From Caldilineae bacterium (GTDB lineage: Bacteria; Chloroflexota; Anaerolineae; Epilineales; Epilineaceae): a stretch of DNA of 64,000 nucleotides. Where the stretch lies: contig JACKBJ010000019.1 in assembly GCA_020634625.1 (NCBI GenBank), positions 1,001 to 65,000 on the forward strand. The letters run 5' to 3'. Below the pieces are notes generated by a model. That model made no database searches. It was not told the DNA's origin and was given only the letters and a program-made list of their open reading frames with translations. This document shows, one piece after another, positions 29,673 to 38,813 of the stretch. Both the position numbers and the translations under genes were made by a program. Numbering within the stretch: position 1 is the stretch's first letter; the number at the start of each line of letters is the position of its first letter.

Positions 29673-30987
29673 CCCGAATGCGCAGCGCTACGACGCGATC
29701 GTCGTCGGCGGCGGACCGGCCGGTGTCTCGGCCGCCATCACCATGGCTCGCGAGGGCCTCGAGGTCATCCTGATCGAGCGCGGCCGCTTCGCCGGCGCCA
29801 AGAACTTCTTCGGCGGCGTGATGTACACCCGCGCGCTGGCCGAGGTCCTGCCCGATTTCCAGGCGCGCAAGCCGCCCTGGGAGCGGCCGGTGACCGAGCA
29901 GGGCTATTGGATGCTGGCGCCGGGAAGCGTGGTGCGCTTCATGCATGCCAGCCAGGCCTATAGGCAGGATCCGGCAGACGCCTACACCGTCCTGCGCGCA
30001 CGCTTCGATCCCTGGTTCGCCCAGCAAGCCGTCGATCTCGGCGCGCTGGTGGTGCCCAAGACCACCGTCGTCGCGCTGATCGAGGACGCGGACGGTCGCG
30101 TGATCGGCGTGCGCACCGACCGCCCGGCGGGCGAGGTCTTCGCGCCGATCGTGATCCTGGCCGAGGGCGTCAACAACCTGCTGACGCAGCGGCATGGGCT
30201 GGCCAAAGCCGACCTGCCGCCGCGCTTCGTGGCCCTCTCGGTCAAGCAGTACATCGGCCTGCCGGCCAAGGAGGTCAGCGCCCGCTTCGGCCTGGCCGGC
30301 ACCCAGGAGGGTCTGGCCATCGACATCTTCGGCGACGCCACGCTGGGCCTGCCCGGCACGGCCTTCCTGTACACCGACAAGGCCGGCATCTCGATCGGCG
30401 TCGGCCTGCTGCTCGAGGAGTTCGTCAAGCACGGCCTGCCGCCCTACGCGGTCCTCGAGCGCTTCAAGCGCCATCCGATCGTCGCGCCCTATCTCGAAGG
30501 CGGTGAGGCGCTGGAGTACGGGGCGCACCTGATTCCCGAACAGGGTTACGACCGCATGCCCGAGCTGGTGGCCGACGGGGTGCTGGTGGCCGGCGACGCG
30601 GCCGGCATGGTCGACGCCCTGCACCGCGAGGGCACCAACCTGGCCATGCTGGCCGGCAAGCTGGCCGGCGAGACGGCCGTCATGGCCCACCGCGCCGGCG
30701 ACTTCTCGGCTCGCTCGCTGGGACACTACCGTCGGGCCCTGGAGCAGAGCTTCGTGCTCAAGGATCTCAAGCAGTACCGGCGCATGACCGACTTCCTGGA
30801 CCGCAGCCCGCACTTCATGGGGACCTACTCGGGCCTGGTCAACGACGCCGCCCTGCGCTACTTCACCGCCCACGACCGGCCCAAGCGCGAGATGGAGCGG
30901 GAGATCGTCGGCCTCCTGCGCGACCGGCGCGGCTTCTTCGGGGTAGCCCAGGACCTGTATCAGCTCGTCCGCGGCATGAGGGGGTAG
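29665..30987 (+). CDS. fixC: FAD-dependent electron-transfer-flavoprotein:quinone oxidoreductase (FixC)
   Basis: Dinucleotide-binding motif [15 protein letters not shown]. FixC-like length (440 aa) and position. The start overlaps fixB by 8 nt. Confidence 0.9.
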   Translation: MPDPNAQRYDAIVVGGGPAGVSAAITMAREGLEVILIERGRFAGAKNFFGGVMYTRALAEVLPDFQARKPPWERPVTEQGYWMLAPGSVVRFMHASQAYRQDPADAYTVLRARFDPWFAQQAVDLGALVVPKTTVVALIEDADGRVIGVRTDRPAGEVFAPIVILAEGVNNLLTQRHGLAKADLPPRFVALSVKQYIGLPAKEVSARFGLAGTQEGLAIDIFGDATLGLPGTAFLYTDKAGISIGVGLLLEEFVKHGLPPYAVLERFKRHPIVAPYLEGGEALEYGAHLIPEQGYDRMPELVADGVLVAGDAAGMVDALHREGTNLAMLAGKLAGETAVMAHRAGDFSARSLGHYRRALEQSFVLKDLKQYRRMTDFLDRSPHFMGTYSGLVNDAALRYFTAHDRPKREMEREIVGLLRDRRGFFGVAQDLYQLVRGMRG

Positions 30988-30991
30988 CGCG

Positions 30992-31327
30992 ATGAAGAAC
31001 GGACATGCCTGGACCCTCGACCCCGAGCAGCGCGCCAGCCTGCCGACGGTCAACGTGGACGACCTGCTGGTCGCCGTGAAGTACTACGTCGACGAGGCAC
31101 GGGCCCACGTTCGGATCCGCGATCAGGCCGTCTGCGCCGCCTGTGCCCAGCAGCCCTGCCTCGCGTTCTGCCCGGTACAGGTCTTCGCCCGGGACGCGCT
31201 GGGCGGGATCACCGTCGGCTACCAGGCCTGCCTCGAATGTGGCAGCTGCCGCATCGGCTGCCCCAACGCCAACGTCGACTGGCAGCTGCCTCGCGGCGGC
31301 TACGGCGTGGCCTACAAGTTCGGCTAG
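30992..31327 (+). CDS. fixX: Ferredoxin-like protein FixX
   Basis: Cys clusters C..C....C...CP and C..C..C...CP in a 111-aa protein directly after fixC. Confidence 0.85.
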   Translation: MKNGHAWTLDPEQRASLPTVNVDDLLVAVKYYVDEARAHVRIRDQAVCAACAQQPCLAFCPVQVFARDALGGITVGYQACLECGSCRIGCPNANVDWQLPRGGYGVAYKFG

Positions 31328-31340
31328 CGGGAGCACGATC

Positions 31341-31634
31341 ATGACCCTGCACGACGAGGAGATCCGCCAGATCGACCGGGCCGCCCTGGCGCTGAGCCAG
31401 GCCCTGGAGGCCTACGGCGCGGTGCTCGAGCCCTACCTGGACGACCATCTCGAGGTTCTGGCGGCCGAGCTGAAGCGCCTGCGCCGCGCTTTGCTGGGCC
31501 TCGAGATGGGCGTCCTGTACCAGGACTACGGCGCGCCGTCGGAGCTGCTGGAGCGCTTCACCCTGCGGCCGACGCTGCCGGTCGAGCAGGCGGCGGCCGC
31601 CGTTCACGAACGGTTGCACGGAGGCGGGGGCTGA
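31341..31634 (+). CDS. Small hypothetical protein (97 aa, helical)
   Basis: In-frame ATG 13 nt after the fixX stop. Codon bias resembles the neighbours and the gene ends just before a strong hairpin. No recognisable motif. Confidence 0.4.
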   Translation: MTLHDEEIRQIDRAALALSQALEAYGAVLEPYLDDHLEVLAAELKRLRRALLGLEMGVLYQDYGAPSELLERFTLRPTLPVEQAAAAVHERLHGGGG

Positions 31635-31635
31635 C

Positions 31636-31667
31636 CTGGCGCCGGGCGTCCGCGTGCCCGGCGCCAG
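31636..31667 (+). terminator. GC-rich hairpin terminating the fix operon
   Basis: Perfect 12-bp stem CTGGCGCCGGGC / GCCCGGCGCCAG with an 8-nt loop, immediately after the stop at 31634. Confidence 0.6.
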
Positions 31668-31676
31668 CCGACACGG

Positions 31677-31705
31677 CTGACCGATCGGCGAAGCTGGGCT
31701 AGAAT
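31677..31705 (+). promoter_or_regulatory. Sigma70-type promoter CTGACC-17-TAGAAT upstream of serB-like/serA
   Basis: Hexamers and 17-nt spacing read directly from the sequence, about 47 nt upstream of the ATG at 31753. Confidence 0.45.
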
Positions 31706-31752
31706 CGATCGGGCTGGTCCCGCGCGCCACGCCGCCCTCGGACTCTCGCCCC

Positions 31753-32604
31753 ATGCCCACCATGCCGCCGGCCTGGCCGGTCTCGAAGCTGGTCATCTTC
31801 GACTGCGACAGCACGCTCTCGACCATCGAGGGCATCGACGTCCTGGCGCGGATGGCCGGGCGCGAGCAGGACGTGGCCGTGATGACCAAGCGGGCCATGG
31901 AGGGCGACCTGCCGCTGGAGAGCGTCTACGGCGAGCGCCTGGTGCTGACCCGGCCCAGCCAGGCCCAGGTCCAGGCCATCGCGCAGCAGTACCGCGAGAC
32001 CGTCATCGCCGACGCGCGGGCGGTCATCGATGCCCTGCAGGCCCTGGGCTGCCTGGTCTTCATCGTCTCGGGCGGCCTGATCGAGCCGGTGCGCGACTTC
32101 GGGCGCTGGCTGGGCTTGCCGCGCGAGCACATCTTCGCCGTGTCGATGGCCTACGATCAGCTGGCCGGGCGCTGGTGGCGCTACTGGGACCGGCACGGCG
32201 AGGACCGTCCCGGCGCGGCCTACCTGGCCTTGGAGCCGGGGCCGCTGACGGCCAGCTACGGCAAGAACGCCGTCATCGCCGCCATCCGGCATCGCCATCC
32301 CGGCCGGGCGCTCATGGTGGGCGACGGGCTTTCGGACCTCGAGGCAGCCGGCGACGTGGAGCTCTTCGTTGGCTTCGGCGGCGTGGCCTATCGCCAGCGG
32401 GTGGCCGAGGCCTCGCCGGTCTACATCCGCTCGGCCCACCTCTCGCCGATCCTGCCGCTGGCCCTGGGTCGCGCCGGCAAGGCGCCGCGCTATGCCTCGC
32501 TCTGGACCGACGGCGTCGGTCGCGTCGCCGATGGCGAGGTCACCTTCGGCGACGCCGATCTGCGGCGCGACTTCCTGGCGGCGATGCGCCGCGCGGGGGC
32601 TTGA
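31753..32604 (+). CDS. HAD-IB family phosphoserine phosphatase-like hydrolase
   Basis: HAD motif I FDCDSTL, motif II SGGL, motif IV GDGLSDLEA. It lies directly upstream of serA. Confidence 0.75.
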   Translation: MPTMPPAWPVSKLVIFDCDSTLSTIEGIDVLARMAGREQDVAVMTKRAMEGDLPLESVYGERLVLTRPSQAQVQAIAQQYRETVIADARAVIDALQALGCLVFIVSGGLIEPVRDFGRWLGLPREHIFAVSMAYDQLAGRWWRYWDRHGEDRPGAAYLALEPGPLTASYGKNAVIAAIRHRHPGRALMVGDGLSDLEAAGDVELFVGFGGVAYRQRVAEASPVYIRSAHLSPILPLALGRAGKAPRYASLWTDGVGRVADGEVTFGDADLRRDFLAAMRRAGA

Positions 32605-32606
32605 AC

Positions 32607-34214
32607 GTGGGCGACGCGGGGTCGCTGCGTTGGCGCATCCTCATCGCCGACCACCTGCCCGAGGCTGGCTGGGAGGTTCTGCGCGCCGAGCCGGGCATCG
32701 AGGCGATCGGCCCGATCGCCGATCGGGCGACCCTGCTGGCCGCGCTGCCCGAGGCGGACGCGCTGATCCTCCGGGCGGCCACCCAAGTCGATGCCGAGCT
32801 CCTGGATGCCGCGCCGCGGTTGCGGGTGATTGGCCGGGCCGGCGCCAGCCTGGACGGCATCGACCTGGACGCCTGCACCGAGCGCGGCATCCTGGTGCAG
32901 AGCGTGCCCTACGCCAACGTGGACGCCGTGGCCGAGCTGACCTTCGGGCTGCTCCTGGCGGCGGCGCGCGGCATCCCGCAAGGCTACGCCGCCCTGCGCC
33001 GGGGTGAGTTCCCGCGGCACACGATGCTCGGCTTCCAGCTGCACGGCAAGCAGCTCGGCCTGATCGGCTTCGGTCGTCTGGGCCGGGCGGTGGCCGAGCG
33101 GGCGCGTGCCTTCGGGATGCCGGTGCTGGTCTACGATCCCTACGTCGACCTGTCCTTCGCCCAGGAACAGGGCGTCGAAGTGCTGGGCCTGGGCGAGCTG
33201 CTGAATCGCGCCGACGTGCTGAGCCTCAACACGGTGCTGACCGAGCAGACCCACCACATGATCGATGGCGAGGCCCTGGCGCGCATGAAGCCGGGCGCGA
33301 CGCTGGTCAACTGCACCCACGCCGGCCTGATCGACGAAGTGGCGCTGCTGGCGGCGCTGGACTCGGGCCGACTGGCCTGGGCGGCCCTGGACACCCTGCA
33401 GCAGGAGCCGCCCGCGCCGGATCATCCCTTGTTGGCCCATCCGCGCGTGGTCGCCCTGCCGCACCTCAACCAGAACACGGTCGAATCACAGGCCGACACC
33501 GGCCGCACCATCGCCCGCGACGTCCTGGACGCCCTGTCGGGACGCGACTATCGCGCCGCGGCCAACCTGCCCTTCGCGGCCGACGCGCCCTATCCGGAGG
33601 CCGCCCCCTACCTGCGCCTGGCCGAGAAGCTCGGCCGGCTCCAGGGCCAGCTGGCCGACGGGTGGATCGAGCGCCTCGAGGTCGAGGTGCTGGGCGAGCA
33701 GCCCAGCCGACATGTGCGGGCCATCGCGGCCTGCCTGCTGGCCGGCATGCTGCGGCCGGCCAGCGGACGGCGCGTCAACTGGATCTCCGCCCCGCCCCTG
33801 GCCCGGTCGCAGGGCATCCAGACCGCCCAAGCGCGCGACCTGGTGCAGCTGGGCGACTACCCGAACCTCCTGGCCTGCCGGCTGAGCTGGGAGGGCGGCT
33901 CGCGCACGGTGGCCGGCGCCCTCTTCGCCAACGGCGAGGCGCGCCTGGTGCAGTACGAGGGCTTTCGCATCGACGCCCATCCCGAGGGCCCGGTGCTGAT
34001 CATCGAGAACGACGACCGAGCCGGCGTCATCGGCCGCGTGGGCATGCTTCTCGGCGAGGCCGGCGTCAACATCGCCAGCTGGCGCTACGGGCGGCAGCGG
34101 ATCGGCGGCCGGGCCCTCTCCTTCATCAACCTCGACCAGGCCTTGCCCGAGGCCCTGCTGGGCCGCCTGCGCGCCTCGCCCGAGATCCATCGCGCGCGGC
34201 AGCTGCGGCTCTGA
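32607..34214 (+). CDS. serA: D-3-phosphoglycerate dehydrogenase with C-terminal ACT domain
   Basis: Track ORF 32175..34214 trimmed to the GTG at 32607. NAD motif GLIGFGRLGRAV, catalytic-region pattern R..G.D.ID and HLNQNT. ACT-like tail LIIENDDRAGVIGRVGMLLGEAGVNIA. Confidence 0.9.
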   Translation: MGDAGSLRWRILIADHLPEAGWEVLRAEPGIEAIGPIADRATLLAALPEADALILRAATQVDAELLDAAPRLRVIGRAGASLDGIDLDACTERGILVQSVPYANVDAVAELTFGLLLAAARGIPQGYAALRRGEFPRHTMLGFQLHGKQLGLIGFGRLGRAVAERARAFGMPVLVYDPYVDLSFAQEQGVEVLGLGELLNRADVLSLNTVLTEQTHHMIDGEALARMKPGATLVNCTHAGLIDEVALLAALDSGRLAWAALDTLQQEPPAPDHPLLAHPRVVALPHLNQNTVESQADTGRTIARDVLDALSGRDYRAAANLPFAADAPYPEAAPYLRLAEKLGRLQGQLADGWIERLEVEVLGEQPSRHVRAIAACLLAGMLRPASGRRVNWISAPPLARSQGIQTAQARDLVQLGDYPNLLACRLSWEGGSRTVAGALFANGEARLVQYEGFRIDAHPEGPVLIIENDDRAGVIGRVGMLLGEAGVNIASWRYGRQRIGGRALSFINLDQALPEALLGRLRASPEIHRARQLRL

Positions 34215-34294
34215 AGGCGGGGTCGACGAAGCCGGCGGCGACCCGACGGACTGCCGCCGGGCCGCCGCCCCATCGCGCCTCCGCGCCACCGACC

Positions 34295-35476
34295 TCAAGG
34301 GCGCGGCGCCTCGGCCAGGATCCCACGCAGCGCCAGGCGCCGGCCACCGCGCAGCACCGTCAGGACCAGGGCGTCGCCGACCGCGTGCTGGCCCAGCGCC
34401 CGGCTCAGCTCGGCCACCGAGCCGACCGGCTGCCCGTCGATGGCCACGATGATGTCGCCGCCAAAGGTCAGGCCGGCGCCCTCGGCGAAGGGAAGCGTGC
34501 CCCGACCGGCCACCAGGCCGGCCTGCTCGGCCGGCGAGCCGTCCGCCACCCGCTGCACCAGGACCCCCGCGTGCGCCGGCAAGGACAGCATCGTGGCCAG
34601 GCGCCGGGTGACGTTGACGCCGGATGCGCCCAGCCAGGGCCGGATCACGTAGCCGCGGTCGATCAGATCGGGAAGGACCCCCGCGACCACCGCCACCGGG
34701 ATGGCGAAGCCGATGCCCTGGAAGCCGCTGCCGGTCGAGTAGATGGCCGTCGTGACCCCGACCACCTCGCCCCAGGCGTTCAGCAGCGGGCCGCCGGAGC
34801 TGCCGGGGTTGATGGCGGCATCGGTCTGGATCACGCCGTCGATCACGGATCCCCAGACGTCGCGGTCTTCCAGGCTGCGACCCAGGGCGCTGACGTAGCC
34901 GGCGCTGAGGCTCTGGTCGAAGCCGAAGGGGCTGCCGATGGTCAGCACCCGGTCGCCGACGGCCAGCTGCCCGGGCGCGGCCAGCGGCAGGACCGGCAGG
35001 GGCGCTGTGGCCGGGACCCGCAGCAGGGCCAGATCGGTGGCCGCGTCTCGGCCGAGGATCTCGGCCTCGAGCTCGCTACCGTCCTGCAGCCGCACCGTCA
35101 CCCGGCTCGCGTCGGCCACGACGTGGTGGTTGGTCAGGATCAGGCCGTCCGGGCGCACGACGAAGCCGGAGCCGTTGCCGGCGCCGGAGCGGCCGCGCAG
35201 AACGCTGACGTTCACCACGGCCGGCGCGCTGCGCCGGAAGACCTCGGCGACCTCGAGCGGAGGCTCGCTCCAGGCCGGCGCGAAGGCCTCGCTCGGCGTG
35301 CCGCCGCTGTGCGGCGCAGCGACCCCGCGGCCGAGGCCGGGCAGGAGCAGCAGCATCGCGGTCAGGGTGGCCAGGCTCGAGGCCACGGCCACCAGGACGG
35401 TGCCGGCCAGGGAGCCGGCGGGAGCGGGAGGATGGACCCATGTGCGCCCGCGAGGGACGCCTGCTTCGTTCAACAT
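34295..35476 (-). CDS. HtrA/DegP-type S1C serine protease with PDZ domain
   Basis: N-terminal TM anchor. Triad contexts TNHHVV, DLALLRV and GSSGGPLL. C-terminal PDZ-like region GVLVQRVADGSPAEQAGL. Confidence 0.9.
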   Translation of the reverse strand: MLNEAGVPRGRTWVHPPAPAGSLAGTVLVAVASSLATLTAMLLLLPGLGRGVAAPHSGGTPSEAFAPAWSEPPLEVAEVFRRSAPAVVNVSVLRGRSGAGNGSGFVVRPDGLILTNHHVVADASRVTVRLQDGSELEAEILGRDAATDLALLRVPATAPLPVLPLAAPGQLAVGDRVLTIGSPFGFDQSLSAGYVSALGRSLEDRDVWGSVIDGVIQTDAAINPGSSGGPLLNAWGEVVGVTTAIYSTGSGFQGIGFAIPVAVVAGVLPDLIDRGYVIRPWLGASGVNVTRRLATMLSLPAHAGVLVQRVADGSPAEQAGLVAGRGTLPFAEGAGLTFGGDIIVAIDGQPVGSVAELSRALGQHAVGDALVLTVLRGGRRLALRGILAEAPRP

Positions 35477-35661
35477 CTGCTTTCCCCTTTCATCGCTCTG
35501 ACCATTTCAACGCTACGGGTTCAACACTTCGGCGGCTTCGAGGGCGCCACGCCCTCATGCAGCAAGATACCGGCCAGCGCGCCGGATGCGCGTGAGCTGG
35601 GTCACAGGTCGGTTGCGGGATCCTCCGCAGATCCGCGCTCGGGGGATCGCCCCCCAGGGGC

Positions 35662-36261
35662 TCAGCCGGCGGATGTCGCCGGATCGGGGCGCTGCGCCAC
35701 CCGCTCGAGCATCTCCGGCTCGAGCACGCCGATGTAGGGCAGGGTGCGCCAGCGGTCGTCGTAGTCGAGACCGTAGCCGATCACCCAGACGTCGGGAACG
35801 TCGAAGCCGACGTAGTCGACGTGGACGTCGATCTCGTGGCGCTCGCGCTTGCGCAGCAGGCTGCAGCTGCGCAGCGAGGCGGGGCCGCGGGCGGCCAACG
35901 TGCGCAACAGGTAGTCGAGGGTGTGGCCGGTGTCGACGATGTCCTCGACGATGAGCACGTGCTTGCCGGCCAGATCGGTCCGCAGGTCCATGATCAGCCG
36001 TACCGCGCCGGTCTGTTCGGTGCCCTGATAGCTCGACAGGGCGATGAAGTCGACGTGGTTGGCGATGGCCAGGCGGCGGCTGAGGTCGGCCAGGAAGATG
36101 AAGGCGCCGCGCAGGACGCCGACCAGGAGCAGCTCGTCGCAGCCGCGGTAGTCGTGGTCGATGCGCGCCGCCAGGGACGCGACGCGGGCGCGGATGGCGC
36201 CCTCGGCGATGAGCGCGGGCGGCTCCGGGAATCGTGCTGTCGGGGGCTTGTGCGAGGTCAT
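35662..36261 (-). CDS. hpt: Hypoxanthine phosphoribosyltransferase
   Basis: Track ORF 35662..37194 trimmed to the ATG at 36261. PRPP-binding motif VLIVEDIVDTGHTL and the characteristic GFD.PD.WVIGYGLDY. Confidence 0.9.
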   Translation of the reverse strand: MTSHKPPTARFPEPPALIAEGAIRARVASLAARIDHDYRGCDELLLVGVLRGAFIFLADLSRRLAIANHVDFIALSSYQGTEQTGAVRLIMDLRTDLAGKHVLIVEDIVDTGHTLDYLLRTLAARGPASLRSCSLLRKRERHEIDVHVDYVGFDVPDVWVIGYGLDYDDRWRTLPYIGVLEPEMLERVAQRPDPATSAG

Positions 36262-36361
36262 GCAGGGCTCCGCGGCGGGCTGATCGGAGCCATACCATAG
36301 CCCGGACCCGGGAGCCGGGGTAGCCGCGAATGGCGGCTCCCCGTCGCCGCGGTCGCGCGGC

Positions 36362-37432
36362 TCAGCCGTCGAGGGCGATGGCCAGCTCGGTCGGGCGGTG
36401 GTCGGAGCCCAGACCGGGCCCGACGCGGCGGTCGAGGACCCGAATCCCGCGGCCGTACAGGGCCTGGTCGATGGGGATGCCCAGGACCGGCAGCGCGGGG
36501 TAAGGCCAGCTGGCCTGGTAGCCCCGGCCGAGGGCCGAGTCCTGCAGGCCACCGACGCGCAGGAGCTCCGCGAAACGAGGCGAGAAGCGGGTGATGTTGA
36601 GGTCGCCCAGGACCAGGGCCGGTGCGGAGCGAGCGGCGGCCCAGCTCGCGGCGGCGGCCAGCTGCCGGTCGCGCAGGGCGGCCTCGCCGGCGCCCTTGGG
36701 CGGCATGGTGTGCAGGACCAGCAGGTCCAGCGGCCGCCCCTCCAAACGCAGCCGGGCCTCGATGCTCGGGAAGGAGCGCTCTGCCGGCGTGATCGCGCGG
36801 ATGACGCGGCTCGCCTCGACCTCCAGCCCGGCGCGGTCGCTGCGCAGCGCCAGCAGCATGCCGAAGTTGTCGGGCTGCGGGGCGGCCTCGACGATGGTGT
36901 AGCCGGGCAGGGCCTGGCGCAGGGCCTCGAGCCAGCGCGTGTCGACCTCGACCAGCGCGACGAGGTCGGGTGCCTGGGCCGCGAGATAGGCGCCGACCTC
37001 GGCCTTGCGCGGGTTGCGGGTGAGGGTGTTGAAGGCGACGAGGTCCAGGCGGGGTGCCCCGGGAGCTTCGACCTCCGGCGACCGGCCCGCCGTTCCGCCC
37101 GCCGCAAGCTCGGCGGGCGCGGCTGCCACCGCGGCCGGCGGCAGGTAGAGCGGGGCCAGCTGGACCAGGTTGGCGGCGGCGCCCAGGAGGGCAAGCAGGG
37201 CCAGGCGCGGCGATCGCAGGCCGGCCGCCAGCAGGGCGCAGCAGCCCAGGCCGAGGCCCAGCTGCAGCGGGAAGTGGCTCCAGAGCTCGAGCCACCAGGC
37301 CAGGCCGCCCAGGCGCCCGGCCAGGGTCAGGCCGAGCCCGGCGGCCAGGGCGAGGCGCAAGGGGCCCCGGAGGCGAGGGCTCACGGCCGGGGGCTCGACG
37401 GCGTCGAGGCCATCGTACACGCGGAACAGCAT
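36362..37432 (-). CDS. Endonuclease/exonuclease/phosphatase (EEP) family membrane protein
   Basis: Three N-terminal TM helices, then the EEP-like motifs DLVALVEVD, VLGDLN and the terminal GSDHRP. Confidence 0.7.
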   Translation of the reverse strand: MLFRVYDGLDAVEPPAVSPRLRGPLRLALAAGLGLTLAGRLGGLAWWLELWSHFPLQLGLGLGCCALLAAGLRSPRLALLALLGAAANLVQLAPLYLPPAAVAAAPAELAAGGTAGRSPEVEAPGAPRLDLVAFNTLTRNPRKAEVGAYLAAQAPDLVALVEVDTRWLEALRQALPGYTIVEAAPQPDNFGMLLALRSDRAGLEVEASRVIRAITPAERSFPSIEARLRLEGRPLDLLVLHTMPPKGAGEAALRDRQLAAAASWAAARSAPALVLGDLNITRFSPRFAELLRVGGLQDSALGRGYQASWPYPALPVLGIPIDQALYGRGIRVLDRRVGPGLGSDHRPTELAIALDG

Positions 37433-37511
37433 GGCTGCATCGCTCCGTTCAGGGTCGAGCCGAGGATCGGCTGCGGAGCGATGGACGCGTTCGGGTTACG
37501 GCGGGGCAGGC

Positions 37512-38618
37512 TCATTCCAGGCTCCGGAGCAGGTCCTTGTGGTAGGGCTTCAGATCCTGCCAGCGCCCGGAGCGGACCAGCGGCACCCAGTCGGGGTTGG
37601 CGATCAGGGCGCGGCCGACGGCCAGCAGGTCGACCTCGCCGCGCTCGACCAGCGCGATGGCCGGCCAGGGGTCGGTCACCAGGCTGGCCGCCTCGCCGTA
37701 GGACTCGTCCATGGCCAGGGTGACCGAGACCTTGCCGACGGCGATCACCGGCAGGCCCGAGAGCGCCTTGGACCAGGCGGCCAGACCGCGGGTCGGGTGC
37801 GCGTCGGGGAAGCCGGGGTCGAGGACGCTGCGGGTCGAGACGTGCAGGATGTCGGCGCCGGCCCGGCTCAGGGCGCCCAGGAAGGCGCCCAGCTCGCCCG
37901 GACTGCGCCATTTGGCCTCGCCGTAGTCGTCCATGCGCCACTGGCTGAAGCGAAAGATGATCGGGAAGTCCGGCCCGACGGCCTCGCGCACTGCCGCGAC
38001 GATCTCGAGCGGGAAGCGCATGCGGTTCTGGGCGCTGCCGCCGTAGGCGTCGTCGCGGCGGTTGGTTTGGGGGCTGAGGAAGCTGTCGAGCAGGTAGCCA
38101 TGGGCGCCGTGGATCTCGAGGGCATCGCAGCGGATGGCCCTGGCCTGCGCGGCGGCATGGCGGAAGGCCTCGGTGACCTGGGCGAAGTCCTCGGCGTCCA
38201 TGGCGCGGACGGCCGGCCGCGGCCGGCCGTCCCGCCCGGGTGGGGGTTGGTGGGCGGAGGGGCCGATGGGGTCGAGGGCTCGCCGGCCGGTGTGCCAGAG
38301 CTGCGGCGCGAAGGCGCCGCCGGCGGCATGCACGGCATCGACCACCCGGCGCCAGGCCGCGATCTGGTCCGGTGTCTCGAAGCGCGGCACGGTCAGCGTG
38401 TCGGGCGCGTGGCGGGCGTCGACGTGCGTGCCCTCGGAGAGGATCAGGCCGACTTCGGCTTCGGCGCGGCGGGCGTAGTAGCGGACGGTCTCGGGGGTGG
38501 CGATGCCGTCCTCGGCCGCGAAGCGGCGGGTCATGGGAGCCATGACGACGCGGTTGCGCAGCCGCAGGTCACCCAGCTGGACGGGCTGGAAGAGGCGGGC
38601 GAGCTGGGGGTCGGGCAT
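37512..38618 (-). CDS. Old-Yellow-Enzyme family NADH:flavin oxidoreductase
   Basis: Track ORF 37512..39557 trimmed to the ATG at 38618. OYE motifs LRNRVVMAPMTR, QLWH.GR and EIHGAHGYLLD.FLSP..N.R.D.YGGS..NR.RF. Confidence 0.9.
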   Translation of the reverse strand: MPDPQLARLFQPVQLGDLRLRNRVVMAPMTRRFAAEDGIATPETVRYYARRAEAEVGLILSEGTHVDARHAPDTLTVPRFETPDQIAAWRRVVDAVHAAGGAFAPQLWHTGRRALDPIGPSAHQPPPGRDGRPRPAVRAMDAEDFAQVTEAFRHAAAQARAIRCDALEIHGAHGYLLDSFLSPQTNRRDDAYGGSAQNRMRFPLEIVAAVREAVGPDFPIIFRFSQWRMDDYGEAKWRSPGELGAFLGALSRAGADILHVSTRSVLDPGFPDAHPTRGLAAWSKALSGLPVIAVGKVSVTLAMDESYGEAASLVTDPWPAIALVERGEVDLLAVGRALIANPDWVPLVRSGRWQDLKPYHKDLLRSLE

Positions 38619-38813
38619 GGCAGGCGCTCCTCGGGTGGGTCGGGCCTGATGATAGCGGCGCGCGGGGCGGGGCTCGAATGTCTGGCCGGCCGCGCCGCGC
38701 GATGCTTTGCATTTCCTTTGGACGGCGCAACCGATCGCGTCCTGGCGTGTTATCAGAGAAAACCAGGCTAGGATCCGGCATCGGGTTCTGGCCGTCACCG
38801 GGGGGGATGGCCG

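Noticed and set aside
36262-37194. N-terminal extensions of track ORFs (35662..37194 for hpt, 37512..39557 for OYE, 32175..34214 for serA, 27470..28648 for fixA, 12527..14155 for GNAT, 57..1469 for the PLP enzyme)
   Set aside because: The extensions overlap neighbouring genes or are Arg/Pro-rich. Family-typical N-termini begin at internal start codons, and those were used instead.
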